From positions 1-34,466 of the forward strand of contig CAJVPI010000339.1 in NCBI GenBank assembly GCA_910592345.1: 34,466 nt of DNA. The letters are read 5' to 3'. Positions 13,601 through 26,037 of this stretch are shown here, piece by piece; positions within the stretch are counted from its first letter, which is position 1; the number at the start of each line of letters is the position of its first letter. The notes under the pieces are model-generated. The model had not been told where the DNA came from. It searched no databases and saw nothing but the letters and a program-made list of their open reading frames with translations. The stretch comes from Paraglomus brasilianum. Its lineage: Eukaryota. Made by a program: the position numbers and the translations under genes.

Positions 13601-15512
13601 CTGCTCGACGGACGGCCATGTGAAATAACTTCCCAGACGAATATAATTCCTGTATCTTCAAATCACGTTCTATCTGTTCATAAAGACAACAATTCAATAC
13701 GTTTATACATTTATGTCATGACCTGCGGTACTATTACAAACTTCACATTCAACTGCATGCTATCCCATCAAATCAATCATAATCGCCTACCATCTTCCTA
13801 TTGTTTTTCTTCTTGATCTGCTCTGCATTGTACTCATTCTCAACTGCCTTTCCTACGGAAATGACCGTAGCTGCCGTCTTCATTCCATTAGTATATCCAC
13901 TAATTGTTTGTAATCTCATCAATTCGAGAATAGTAACAGACGACAATTTCTCTGCCTTGAGTAAACGAAGAAATGGACCGTATTGTTTGCGTTCAGGGTC
14001 TAGTCATACAAATTCCATTAAGACAGCCAGATTATATACCTTCAATATGTGTTAACCAATGCCATTACTACTTACTTACCATCTTTAAAAATTTCGACTC
14101 GTTCAAGTTCTTCCGCAATAAGAGGAACGAGTTTGGTGTGCCAATCCCAGAGAATTTCCTTGAGTTCGGTCAATTTCTTGATTTTAAACCCTATACCGCG
14201 TTTGAGCATTTCTTCCGTTTTGACCTGCCACCGCTCTATGGCTGCTTGATATGCATTCTCTTCTAACTTCATTTGTCGTTCGAAATCGGATAAATCCTTC
14301 TCACTCACAGCTACAAGTTGTTCCTTCATTAATCTCACACCAATGGCCTATTTTTATAGATTATTACAGTAGATTGAGCAGTATCAATGATATTTGCCAA
14401 CATTTGGTATAATTAGATGTCATTTCGCTGATATATTAGACATCGCTGACAGAATTCACGTATAAAGCATACATCAATAGCGATGGGGGATGAGCCCGCT
14501 TCCACTGGCTGTTCAACATCTTCTTCTTCATCAACTGAGATTTTTCTAATCGATTCCAATAATTCTTCCTGCTGGGCAGTTGAGAGGATATTGCCTTCCC
14601 CCTTTAACATCTACGATGAATTGTCTGCAATCAGTTTGAATTCAATTGCAAATGAATCAAATACCTAGTAATTCAAATTACCCGGACTAGATCATGTCGC
14701 TCTTTCTGTGTAAAGTTTAAGTGTTCGACCATCTGCTTAATAGGTATACCACTCATTTGCATCTGCTCAAGTACACCAGTCAACACAGCAACAAATTTAT
14801 GGCCTCCTTCTTCTCTTTTCAATTTAAGGTTAATTATGAATTAACATTGTTGATACATATACATATTAATCAGCAATTGCATATCATACACTTACCTTAG
14901 AAATATTTTTGTGATCAACCCATAAGTGGACAGATCAGGCGCTATATTCACGTCATTCAAATACTGGAAGAAATTCACCACCTTTCTGTAATTAGGAGTT
15001 CCTGGTTCCTCCAAGAACGCTTCAAGGAACGCATTATACACTCTTATATCTAAAGCCTTACGCATTTCTGGTGCGCCATTCTTCTCCAGTCGCTCCAATA
15101 TTTTTTCAGCACGGTCTATATGTCGTGTCTTCAAACAAGCGTGCATTATTGCCAATTGTTCCGAAAAGACTGATGGTTGCATGGTGCCTGGTCCTTTCAT
15201 GCCAAGTCGAGTCTGGGGAAGAATTAACGGTTTGAATTTACTCGAAGAGGGAAATGAAGGCAGATCAGGAGGATTCTCAAGAAGATTAGAATGTGCTGTT
15301 GTTGACTGATGTCTGAGTAGAATATGGAGGAAGCATGGGAATCGGTAAGGACGATGGAAAGGGATGTGGGAATGATAAGTGCTGTGGTGAGAGGAAAGCG
15401 GATATGGAGATTTTCGAGTAAAGATCAGATATGAACGAAGATTATTGTTGGTCGTACGATGTATAGACTGGGAAGGACACCTGGATTTTGTAGTTCGTTG
15501 CAATGTGAACAT
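10698..15512 (-). CDS. RPO41: Mitochondrial DNA-directed RNA polymerase (T7/phage-type), multi-exon (about 10 introns)
   Basis: YFPHSLDFRGRAY, HQDGTCNGLQHYAALGGD (motif A), RKIVKQTVMTNVYGVT (motif B), FPPNFIHSLDATHM, FAAVHDSYWTHA (motif C), LPMLVPPRPW, and C-terminal YFFH. The first ATG at 15512 is followed by an Arg/Ser/His-rich, acid-free presequence-like N-terminus. Internal exon boundaries were only partly traced. Confidence 0.96.
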
Positions 15513-15864
15513 TGTTTTATATAGCAATATGAATAAATGCGGTTTGGGAATCAATCTGATCGTCGGGTTTTAAAAAAAATTTTTTTGAATGTTTCATCAA
15601 ATCAAGATCTCGGATAGGTCACCTGCTTCAAACTTTCCAATCGGGAAGCTAGCCACGATTTATGAATTGAGCGATCAAGAGACTACAGAAGTATCATTTC
15701 ATGGCCAAAACGTGAAATAGACGGCTTAATTTTGCCCTATTCATTGTTCTAAATGCTGCCTTGTATAGAATAAATTGGGAAATGCATTTTTGACATTTTG
15801 AGGTTAGACCCCCGTTAAATTGTCACGCCACATAGTAATAGTAATAGAATTTCTACCCAGAGTT

Positions 15865-16620
15865 AATTATTATTACACATACAACTGGACCCTCCCCGGG
15901 CACGCGAGTCTCTTGTTCCTGGCCCCAGTCTGATGCGTTGTGTTGGGCGTAAGGCTAAAAGACCTTATCAGTGGCACAACTTTGTGTTTTGAGAGTATTG
16001 CATTCTATTGTGTTAGCCTACTAAACAAATGGTTCTCTTTAGTTCGGAAGAAGGTCAATATTTGCTCATGTAGAGACTGAGACTCTAGGAACCATAACAA
16101 TGTGTTTTGTCAATCATTGGCTTGGCGAGAGTTCAATGGTATAGACTTTTCTGAATATTGATTAGTACATACGCTGGGTGTACCAAGTAAATTAACTCAT
16201 GATTCTATCTTTATTATCAAGCTTGTCTGTTGTCGAGCCGAGATATACGGGAGAGCAATTGTATCACAACCTTGAGATTTAGCACTTTCAATCGAGGCTT
16301 GGCAAACCTCAACTCCTTCTAAACCTATAATCGACACGTTAATCACCTAACTACTGGATTTAAATACTCACGGCTCGTACGTCCGGTCTTGTATACACGA
16401 ATCCTAGCTGGTTAATTAACTTCGAATCAAATTGTCTACCTTTGTCGGTGGGATTAATTCCGACCTGTGGGAAATGTTTCTTAACTATAAACGCGTTTCT
16501 CATTAATTAATTAGCCTTTCTGCCATCCAAGTAACCAACGGACAAGATTGATTACTTCACCAGTAGAGGGATTCGCGATTTGTGTTATGCTCCTATCGGG
16601 TGTGGTACCAGGTATACATT
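15865..16620 (-). pseudogene. Candidate cryptic short-exon gene or pseudogene encoding a Cys-containing protein of unknown family
   Basis: A series of intron-like signals on the minus strand: gtgagt..attaac..tag (16371-16325), tactaat..cag (to 16151) and gctaac..tag (to 16005). They flank coding-like segments such as LEGVEVCQASIESAKSQGCDTIALP (16324-16249). I could not assemble a fully open model. Confidence 0.35.
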
Positions 16621-17869
16621 CGTTTGAGTTTCAGCAAATAAAAATACGATTTATTGAGTATCAGAGGGCTGCTCTATTATTACAATGTGAATGATCAAAG
16701 GATTGAAAATAAAGTGAAAATGCTGATGATCAAGCTGAAGCTGAAGAGAGCTAGCGAAAGCTATAACCCCTTACATGCATTCTTATCGTTTCACTAGCTA
16801 CTGCTAATTTAGATTTCATACAGCGACTGACAATAGAATTTCTCGTCGCTTAGGTGACAGGTAAGCCTCATCAGTTCATCAATTAGCACTCGAAATAAAG
16901 GTAAGCCATACATCGATATGATCTATCATCGATTTAGAAACTTATCATCATGAAGTGATTGAAGCATATATGTTCTTAAAACGCTAACAATAAATTTATC
17001 AAACTTATTCTATGATCAATTGCTATTAAATCGTCTGACTACCATAAATGACCGAAACGTTCAAGTTATCATAATTTATAAATACAGCACCACTACCTTC
17101 ATCACACAGAATCTTTACATAGACTTTTTAGCCACAGACTTTTCGTTTCTCCCATAATAAGCGTGTAGTAGAGGATGCGATAAGTACAGTGTGTGTACAA
17201 CCGATCTGGCCAATCCCAATTGCGATTTGGGTCGATCCGATATCACTGCTTTTCTATCTAGGTTGTACTATTTGACTCGACTAATTCCCTTGCGTACAAA
17301 GTAGGTGTGGACATTGTGTTAACTTCCAGCAATGATCTACAATTGCTGTGATCACATGAGGCAGACTGCAACAACCAGACAAAGTGAACATTTTATTATG
17401 TGACATAAATGAGAGGCTAATTATGATGTGGCTGTAAAATTGACGATGACGTTTTGAAAAATAATAATGGTGCTCATTCATAACTTATGGACTTGTTAGT
17501 TTTAATGTTCACTTTATCATACCAGAATGTAAGAAATCTTACTATTACTTCTTCGTTACGCACCGTTGTGGATGTTGAGAATCTTACACTTCGTACGAGG
17601 ATCAAAGCTGTGCCACTGCTGATCGAAATCCTTGCGTTACCATCGGAGCAGCGCAGAAATCTAGGAGGAATACATCACTAAATTCGACAGTATAAGGGAA
17701 ACATTAGAATAAATCATTAGGAGGCAGCCGTTTGATCAGCAAATCAACTGTTTCATTCCATTTGCTATAATTAGCAATGCAATCGACGTCACCAGGATTT
17801 TTCAATTGTTCCAGATCTTCCCATATTAATATACTGTATAAACTCTCCCCTCAGTGTTTCGTGTTTCCC

Positions 17870-18714
17870 ATGTCTCAACCGGCCGACTCAAGACGTTCCG
17901 CAAGGATAGCTGGGGAGGTCGCACCACCTCTTGAGCAACCTATTTCTCTGTTCTGTCTTGTGCAGGGCAAACCAACAGAGAAGGCATTTCCAGTTGATGT
18001 TGAAAAAAACAAAACAGTTGGCCACCTGCGAAAACTGATATGGAAGGAGACTCAAGAAACATTCAAGAACTTAGATGCCAAAGACCTCACTCTCTGGGCA
18101 GTCTCTGTACCAATAGGGGATGGAACAGTGCAGGTTGATTTAGCTCAGGTCGAGAAATGCAGGTTACTTCCCAGGTCAAAAATAGCTAATACAATTTCAG
18201 AAGATGATCTTGCTGATGAAGGCTTTTATGTCATTATAGAGCCACCAAAAGGTACTTGTTTGATATTATGCCAACGTTTTATCTTTTTTGCTAACTTTAT
18301 CTCAATCACCATCTGTCTTTCATTTTGTTTATTCAATCCACTGTCAGACATTTCAGGTATGAATATATATTATGTGACTGAGCTACCTATCTTGATCTTT
18401 TCTGACTTGTATTCTTCGAACCTTCACAAGCTCCTACTATCATTGAATGCTGAATCCTGAATACACATAAAATCCAAGATGTGGATCCTCCATCAAGTAC
18501 CTCACAGCCCAAGAAGCTTTGTAAGATACTAATACAGGCAGATGAGCTAGTTTTATGTGCTCATCCTGCTGAATGTGTTGGCCCACTGATATATATGTAT
18601 AATGAGGTTTTTTCCAGGTTCCTATTTGACTACAATGATGAAGCTCTTGAGCTGTCTGCTACACTCTGTCAATGGACCATACAATTTATCCATTCTATGA
18701 CTGACATCTTATGA
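17870..18714 (+). pseudogene. Crinkler (CRN) effector-family gene: intact N-terminal ubiquitin-like CRN domain, disrupted and truncated C-terminal part
   Basis: ISLFCLVQG...AFPVDVEKNKTVGHLRKLI...LDAKDLTLWAV...YVIIEPP matches the CRN N-terminal domain (LFLAK-like and HVLVxxP-like motifs), with a splice donor at 18252. The downstream PPSSTSQP..LCAHP..GPLIYMYNEVFSRFL segment is bounded by stops and ends at 18714. Confidence 0.8.
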
Positions 18715-19596
18715 CAAGATCGCCAGTATACTAATAGAAATTTAGCAATTTGTTGGTAATAGTAACATCATGACAAGATGTGTGCAATATTTTTTGATTG
18801 TAAATGTCACGTGGTTATCAGCACAATGTCCTGCAAATCTCATCGAGACATTTTTAAAAAATGCAAGTTTCTGTAAAGAACCCTTTCCTCTTGATAGATT
18901 TCACAGTAATTTTTTCTTTATCTAGATATTCCTGGAGAGTTTGGGTGTCATTCATTTTAAAAACATATGGAGCAATTTTTTCTCCTTGCTCTTTTTTTAA
19001 AACACTTCTAATAGTGCTGTAATTCTTTGGTTCCATGGTGGATTTAATGTAAATTAGTTTCATATTTATATTTATATTAAATGTGTTATTATTTATAATG
19101 TCAAGTAAGAGTCTATTTTAATTAGTTGAGTGTCAGTCACATTTTTGGTATAGCAATTAATTAAAAAATGCAGTCCATGAATTGTGCATGAGCTACAGCT
19201 ATAGATTGAGCAAGCATCACCAAATGTCATTAGCTAAATTAGTTGGGTTTCCAGCCACACCAACCATTTTGAGTTCATGTAATCAAATGTTCACTTTGTT
19301 TGTTGGTCATTATTATGATCTACAAGACGGTTAATAGGACACAAGCCACATGGAATTTAAACATATTTGAATGTGCGTAATGTAGATCCATGCAGGTAAT
19401 AGTATCTCCATATACTTTATTCCAGGCTATTCAAGCTCTTTATTGTACCTCTATATGCTATGCATATACTGTATGTTAAAACTAGCTTTAGCAGTTTATC
19501 TGTAATTAGACAATAAAGTTCTAAAATTAAAAAAAAAAATATAGTAAAGTGTATGCAAATTCAGTTGAGTTTTGCGGTACAACGAAAAGATAAATA

Positions 19597-19819
19597 CAGT
19601 GAACTACTGTTTATATTTACGCACGTATAGTCCCTTCGTTTATAGTCACCATATGAAAACTCTGTCTGTAGTCACACTCTCCTACATTCTCTCTAGTGCC
19701 AGTTTTATAATAGAACATAAAGAATTTACTCTGTCTATAGTCACATTCACCTTCTTTTTTTTTCAAAATTTGAATTGTACCAAAATGGTGTGACTATAGC
19801 AATAGACAGTAATTCACTG
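19597..19819. mobile_element. MITE (pogo/Tc1-mariner type)
   Basis: TIRs cagtgaactactgtttat and atagacagtaattcactg. TA is present on the left only. The internal tatagtcac motif is repeated in both orientations. Confidence 0.7.
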
Positions 19820-20106
19820 ACACAGTATATAAAGTGCAAGCAGAGCGAAAAAAAAAGTTTTTAATTTTAGAAGACGAAATAAGCTCCGTGTGTCAGCATT
19901 ATCTTAGACTAATCCTACTAACGAGCAGAACTTCAAGCTATTTCCTCTATCGGCAAAACGCTTTAGTAAAAAAAAAACAACAACAAATGAACAGACAAAC
20001 AAACAAGCAAGCAAACAAAACCTGTTATCGGGGACTACTAGTTGTTAGAATTGTCGCGGATATACAGTATTAACAACAGGTATACACCTGCCCATCGCGC
20101 GTGTTA

Positions 20107-20208
20107 TCAAACGCCTCCAGGATCCCATCTGCGACGGTATAATAGTCGAGCTTTTATATTAGCCTGAATCGGTTTCAAACGCCTCCAGGATCTCATCTGC
20201 GACGGTAT
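20107..20208. repeat. 34-bp direct repeat (20107-20140, 20175-20208; one mismatch)
   Basis: tcaaacgcctccaggatc[c/t]catctgcgacggtat occurs twice. Confidence 0.9.
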
Positions 20209-20240
20209 GCACGTAATAGTCTGCAATACCGTCTCGAGAC

Positions 20241-20311
20241 GTTGTTTTGTTGTTGTTTGTTTGTTTGTTTGTTTGTTTGTTTGTTTGTTTGTTTGTTTGT
20301 TGTTTTTTTTT
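20241..20311. repeat. (GTTT)n microsatellite followed by poly-T
   Basis: Directly visible tetranucleotide run. Confidence 0.95.
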
Positions 20312-20520
20312 GATTTCCAGTTAATATTATGTAATTAAATATACGTGTATTAATATGGTTTTACCTAAGTTTGTATTAACGTGATAATGAAGGAAAAAGT
20401 GTGTTAATAAGGCGGTTTGCTATATCCTCGGAAAGTATCCAGCCAGCTAAAGAATTTTTTTTATTTTTAATACAAATATAACATTTAATACTTGGTCTGA
20501 ATTTTCCCTTTTTATTTTGA

Positions 20521-21270
20521 TAGTAACCTCTCTATAAACACATTATATAAAAACCTCGTTATCACCATGTTTGAGAACAAATTACTATTAAAATTGTAGG
20601 GAAAAAAAACTCTATATAGTTATAACCTCTTTATAGACACATTTTCAACAAAAGTTGCATTGTTTCCGACAGCGTGACTGCAGACTATACTTAGCTCGGT
20701 AAGAATGTGCTGTTATAAACATAGATAAAACATAAACGGCAGGCTTTAAAGATAAAAAGTAAATAGTTTACTCTGCTTTATCCCAATCAATAATCAAATC
20801 ACGACTCTTTCGATAGTAATAGAAAAAATTGTATGCAATTTTCAAAATACATTTGGTTACAGAAAAAAATAATAATAATAGTCCTCAGGAAAAATACAGT
20901 CTATAGTCGCAATATATTTATTATTATATTTTCTACCAAATTACTTCTTTAATAAGCAATCTAGCGATTATTACTACTCAAGGATTCAAAAACATACATC
21001 TTCCGACGGAGCATATTAACTTAGCAAATGATTTGTGATCAAAGCCTCCGCAATAATTACTCCGTTAGCTATCATTTGATCGATCCAGATGCTCGTTGCC
21101 TCTGCCAACAAAGGAAATTTAACTCGACGATGTTTAAAAAAATTTTTTTAACCACTCCTCAATACCAAGCCATTTATCTTTCTTGTTTATACAATTGTCC
21201 GATCAATTGAAATAAGCTACTCCCCTGACATAAATCACGAGATTTTTTACCAATATAGGAATGCATAATT
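20521..21270 (-). mobile_element. Degraded pogo/Tigger element with a CENP-B-type HTH remnant
   Basis: The minus-strand translation near 21190-21030 gives KDKWLGIEE..KHRRVKFPLLAEATSIWIDQMIANGVIIAEALI, matching the HTH CENP-B pattern. A TIR-like tagtaacctctctataaacac lies at about 20521. Boundaries are approximate. Confidence 0.6.
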
Positions 21271-21379
21271 TTTTATAAAGTTTCAAGTTTGAAATTCTCA
21301 ACAATCTATGTAGCAATTCACGTCTGGTTTTTTTTTTTTAATCAAAATGTTATATCAATGAAGTTTGTTCAACTTTTTT

Positions 21380-22309
21380 AATAACGTGTAGGATGTCACG
21401 GCACTCCATACTTTCAACTAAATTTTATAAACTGATTCATCTATGTTAGACTATTCCTCTTGCAACAGATTGAACGGTTTAGTTTCATTTTTTGGTAGAG
21501 GAATACGTTTACGAATGCGACGCTCTAATTTATCCCAAATATTCTCGATAGGGGCTTTGCACGGGCCAGGTAAGTTGATCAATATTATTCTCTGAAATTT
21601 AACGCAAAGTTGACCTTGCTCGATGAATTTGAGCGTTGTTATCTTGAAATACATAATTATGTTGATCGTCCAACTCTCTTAAATAAGGTAGGAAATGGTT
21701 AGTTAAAACATAATGTAATAATTTGCAGTTTGTTTACCGTTAACTCGAACTAGAGGACCCAATCCAAATGAACTAAAACATCCCCAGACCATGACTTCCT
21801 TACGACCTGATTTAAAGGTTGGAACCAAACAGTTAACGTCGTATTTCGTTTTGGGTTTTCTCCAAACATAATCATGACCATACCCCAGATACTTTAAACC
21901 GGGACTCATCGCTTCATATGATGAGTTTCCACTCCGTCTTCCAGTTGATTCTTTCCCGTGACCATCCAAACGTATTTTCGTTAACGAAAGGTTTCCTTTT
22001 GCCAACGCGACCATAAAACCCTTCTTCATACAGATAACACGCGAGGAAACATTGGTAGAAGTTGACTCGATAAATTCATTAGTTTAATTATTTAGGGAAG
22101 CTTTTCTATCTGCCCTTAATAAACTGTTATAAGTGAGTCACATGATAAAATCTTCCCTACGGGTCAAACAAACCCATGATCGACACTAATTTTAGTCTAT
22201 CTAGGAAACAAAAAACGGTTCGAAAAATCTGGACGGTACAAACGCTATAATAATTAATTGTTTCTCCAGAACAGTCAAAAAAGCGCTTCACTTTTTCTGC
22301 GCCGCTTAA
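21380..22309 (-). mobile_element. Tc1-family (DD34E-type, DDE_3) transposase pseudogene
   Basis: Frameshifted motifs WKLII*SDES, YVWRKP..CLVPTFKSGRKEVMVWGCFS..GLGPLVRVNG, FQDNNAQIHRA and APIENIWDKLERRIRKR. A possible terminal sequence lies near 22280-22309. Boundaries are approximate. Confidence 0.88.
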
Positions 22310-25300
22310 AGATATATAAGTAGCTCTTCTTCCATCGTCAAATCTTCATGTTGTCTATATTGAATGTGAATGTTGTTATTCGAATAAATCAATAATACTA
22401 TTGATCTTAGTAGTATTCTCCCAAAATTCTTTATATTAATATACATAATTTATTCTTCTATCGTCAAAATAATTGATTATTAGACCAGACACTCCAATAA
22501 ACGGCTCACTTAAGCTGTAACGGAAATTAGCATTGATTTGATCAAAGCTATATAAGCTGCCCGCGGATCAATTACAAGAGTTCATAATTAATTATCGAGA
22601 CGATTGTTGTTTAATTTGTTTAGAGACAAGTGACGGATACCGACTAGTTGAAACACAAATCGAAGTTAGCCCTGTTAATTATTAAATAGTATAGAATAAT
22701 TGTTGTTATTATTCTATTAGAAGTCTTATTTGTATTCACGAGTGTTTGAAACTCGGATAGGGAGTGAGAAACGCGCATAATTAATAGGTCACTTGTAGGC
22801 TTAATTCAGTCTTAATTGCACAACTATCGTAGTAAGGGCGATAGTACGAGCTAAGCCTGGTAACATTCCCCGGTCGGCGAACACACCTACACGAAAGATA
22901 AATCGCTCTCCCAAAACCCCCATTTAATTCCCGACCGTAACACAAATGACTCACGCAGTTGGTCAATAAGGCAAGATGTTCTTTCTCAGACATTGGATAA
23001 TGTTAATTAAGGCCTTGATGGACTTCATGACTAGAATACAGACAAGATGCGACAAGCAGATCCCACACCTGCTCAAAATCTTCTGATTTAATAAAATCTC
23101 TGAAACTCCAAAGCCTTAGGTTATTCCATGGTATTACACGAGAGTGATGAACCATCAATCCACTCCATATGTGTCATTCATATCAACTGTGCAAAATAAT
23201 GTTTGGTCTGCACCATTCCTAACCTCTGGCTGAGTCTGAGCAAATATTAGCTAGTTGCAACAATAATAACATCCACAATGCATTCATTGTTCTTTGGGTT
23301 AAGGTCTTTTTCGATGATTTGTTCAATATTGCAGATCGAAGAAGCATTCTTTGGTATATCATCGATGACTTCACATCAATGTCCCATGTACCTATTCACC
23401 ACAGCTGCCTGTGTGCACAGTGAGCACAGACAACCCTTTGGAACGGATAATCGAACGTTCACACAAGTAATCATTTAACAATCAGGTCCCCAACTACTTT
23501 TCGTGTGTATCCTATTCACCACAAAAGCTCATGCTTTTTTGTTGGTAATGGTTTTCGATTAAGAAGCACAACGCGTACTTCGAAAACTACGATTTACACC
23601 TAGTACTAGTGGCAGCGTCCCTTCAGATACACACATACTAAGTACCCTCACGACAAAAAATTACAAGTGTGGCCATGGAGAGCTTTCAAAATTATCCGGC
23701 TTTTATACCTAGTGGCAGCGTACCTTCGGATACAGACCCTCAACAAATTTACCCAGTAAGAATTCTTACCTTGAAAGTGAATGTGCGACAAAGGTCTGTT
23801 GCGTTGGTTATGTGGTCGATAAACTGTATCGTTGTTCAAAACGAGTTGTAGCAAAGTGCTATATGTATGAGTAGACGCGTTAGACATCATTCCAATGATA
23901 TTATTAATATGTAAAGTACAATCTTATTAACATACCTTAAGAGTTATGTATTTATTGAGTGAATGAATGGATACTTGTTAGCGACTTGGTCGTTTCATAA
24001 CGTTACCCAAATCACGTTCGCACGTCAAACCCTCATCCGCGGCATATTAAGACTTTGATAATGCACTCTCCGTCTACCATTAGTAAACGTCAACCCTCAT
24101 CGCGTTGAGGTGGCCACATATCAAGACAACAGTTTTCCGTCATGCCGAGGACAGAGTTTGATAGTACACGAAAAAAAAATTTTTTTTTACCACCCGACCA
24201 TTAATCCACACTTGCTTCAATATTACTTTTTTTCATGCAAGTTTAAGGAATGAACATGACTTGCAAAAAGTTTGATCAATGTTAAAATAGCCCACTCATT
24301 TGTTTAAAAAGTTTGGTCAGTGTTATAGCACTTATCAGCCTTGAGGCATGCGCTTCAAATGTTTGTCACAGTAATAAATTAATTTTCTTGATTAATGTTA
24401 TAGCGCCTATTTGTTTGAGGCGTGCTACTTCAAACATTTCGTAGTCACTGGTAGACCAGTTTTTGTTATATGCGCACTTAATTTTTGCCAATATGGCACT
24501 TTGCTGTTATAAATGTTGCCCTCTCCCCCCTCTCTTCCCTCCCCACTTACCATACAGTAGTTTACCGCAACAGAAACGTTAGTTTGATTATAGTGATGGG
24601 TTTGGCTTCGACAACCGGTTTCGTTGAGGAAAAAATCTTGTTGCCAAAAATTTTTTACGTTTGAGAAGACGCGACAGTTCCTGTGGACACGCAGGTATAC
24701 ACTTCTTTTTGAAAATTATCACCATTTGCTAACGTGGCTGTTTAATGTTATAGTGACTTCAGTTTGATAATAGCTTTGGCTTCGGTAACCAGTCGTCGTT
24801 GTCTTGTCCGCGAAAAAGTTTGTATTTGCGACGGCTCACAGTATTTACCCCCCCCCCCTTTTTTTTTTCTCTCCCATTCTCATTTGTCCTTTTTGGGTCA
24901 TTGTCTTACATTATTGCATAATCAAAATTGCTCTTATTATTTGTTACTTCCCACTTCCATTGTGTATAATGATAAGAAATTAATCTAATTTTGGCAACTT
25001 GCCCCTATAAACTTGTCAGCGCGCTTGTTACTTTTGTTACCCATTTTCTCAAAAGTATGACTTGTAGTCCTTCGTAGAGCCCTTAAAATTATCGGCCTTG
25101 TTTGTCTATTACTATATGGATGCATTAATTTTTTTATTATAAGCGTTATTGTATAAAGACATTTACAATAATAAGACTTGGTGACAAAACGATAACAAAT
25201 TAAACAAAAATAAAGGAGAAAATTGTTTATTATAACGGCCATAGTCTATTGAAACACCCAATAGTCTATTAAAACACTATCTGTGGCATCAGGCACAAAT

Positions 25301-26037
25301 AGAGTCTTACCACGGTTAAATAACTTATAATATTTATTATTATCCCTGGCTTTTGTCTCTATCCTTTAATAGGATATAATGCAATCGATGATTGGTCAAT
25401 CGTTTTACAATAGTTACCTAATCAGATTGCCTCGCACAGACAAGACGGATCATATTATCGTCATTTGAGGTATGAAACAGAGTTATTGCGGGCCAAATAA
25501 TTAATTACTTTTTATCCAAAGTTGCCTATGTATCTTATCAAAAACATTTGTGAAGTTGATCTCTGACTATGTTCGAGGTAAAAAAATTTTATATGAATTT
25601 AAATGTCTAAGTACAACGTTTTATGATTGTTATTCTGACATGTAGTTTTTACGTCTCACTCACGCTTAAGTTTTATCGATGTCTCATTTTATTCAATACA
25701 ATGTTAAAACAATCTCATTCGACTGCTTGACAATTTTACAAATGCGCGTTTAATATGTATCAGAAACGTTGAAAGCGCAAAATAAGTCAGAGCAGTCCCA
25801 ATTTCTTTATTCATAGTCTAACAAATTTTTACGAAATAAGACTAGCAGCCCCAAGTCTCTATAATGCTATTGCTCAAAACCAATCGATTTCAAAAATTCC
25901 TCAAGCCAACATTCGTGAAGCTATCGAATTTATTAAAACCGCCGAGACAATCATTCAATCATATCAATTGGGAAACCGAATTCCGAGTTAATTGAACTTG
26001 TTGATCGATTTTTGAATGAAAATAGCTAAATTTATTA

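Noticed and set aside
10714..14668. Plus-strand ORFs overlapping RPO41
   Set aside because: Antisense to a conserved gene; their Ser-rich composition mirrors the acidic codons of RPO41.
15884..15980. Two GC-rich hairpins joined by ctgatg, considered as a ribozyme or snoRNA
   Set aside because: No CUGAUGA..GAAA core, no H/ACA or paired C/D boxes, and it overlaps a candidate minus-strand exon.
18854..19063. 69-aa minus-strand ORF
   Set aside because: No recognisable domain or reliable gene structure.
23598..24480. Short degenerate direct repeats (ctagtggcagcgt twice, cgtcaa(a)ccctcatc twice, tgttatagc..ttgaggc twice), considered as a CRISPR-like array
   Set aside because: Only two copies of each, irregular spacing and a eukaryotic context; most likely TE debris.
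25380..25990. Coding-like plus-strand stretch (..NIREAIEFIKTAETII..) as the displaced 5' end of the kinase
   Set aside because: Multiple stops and no motif tying it to the kinase or any family I recognise.
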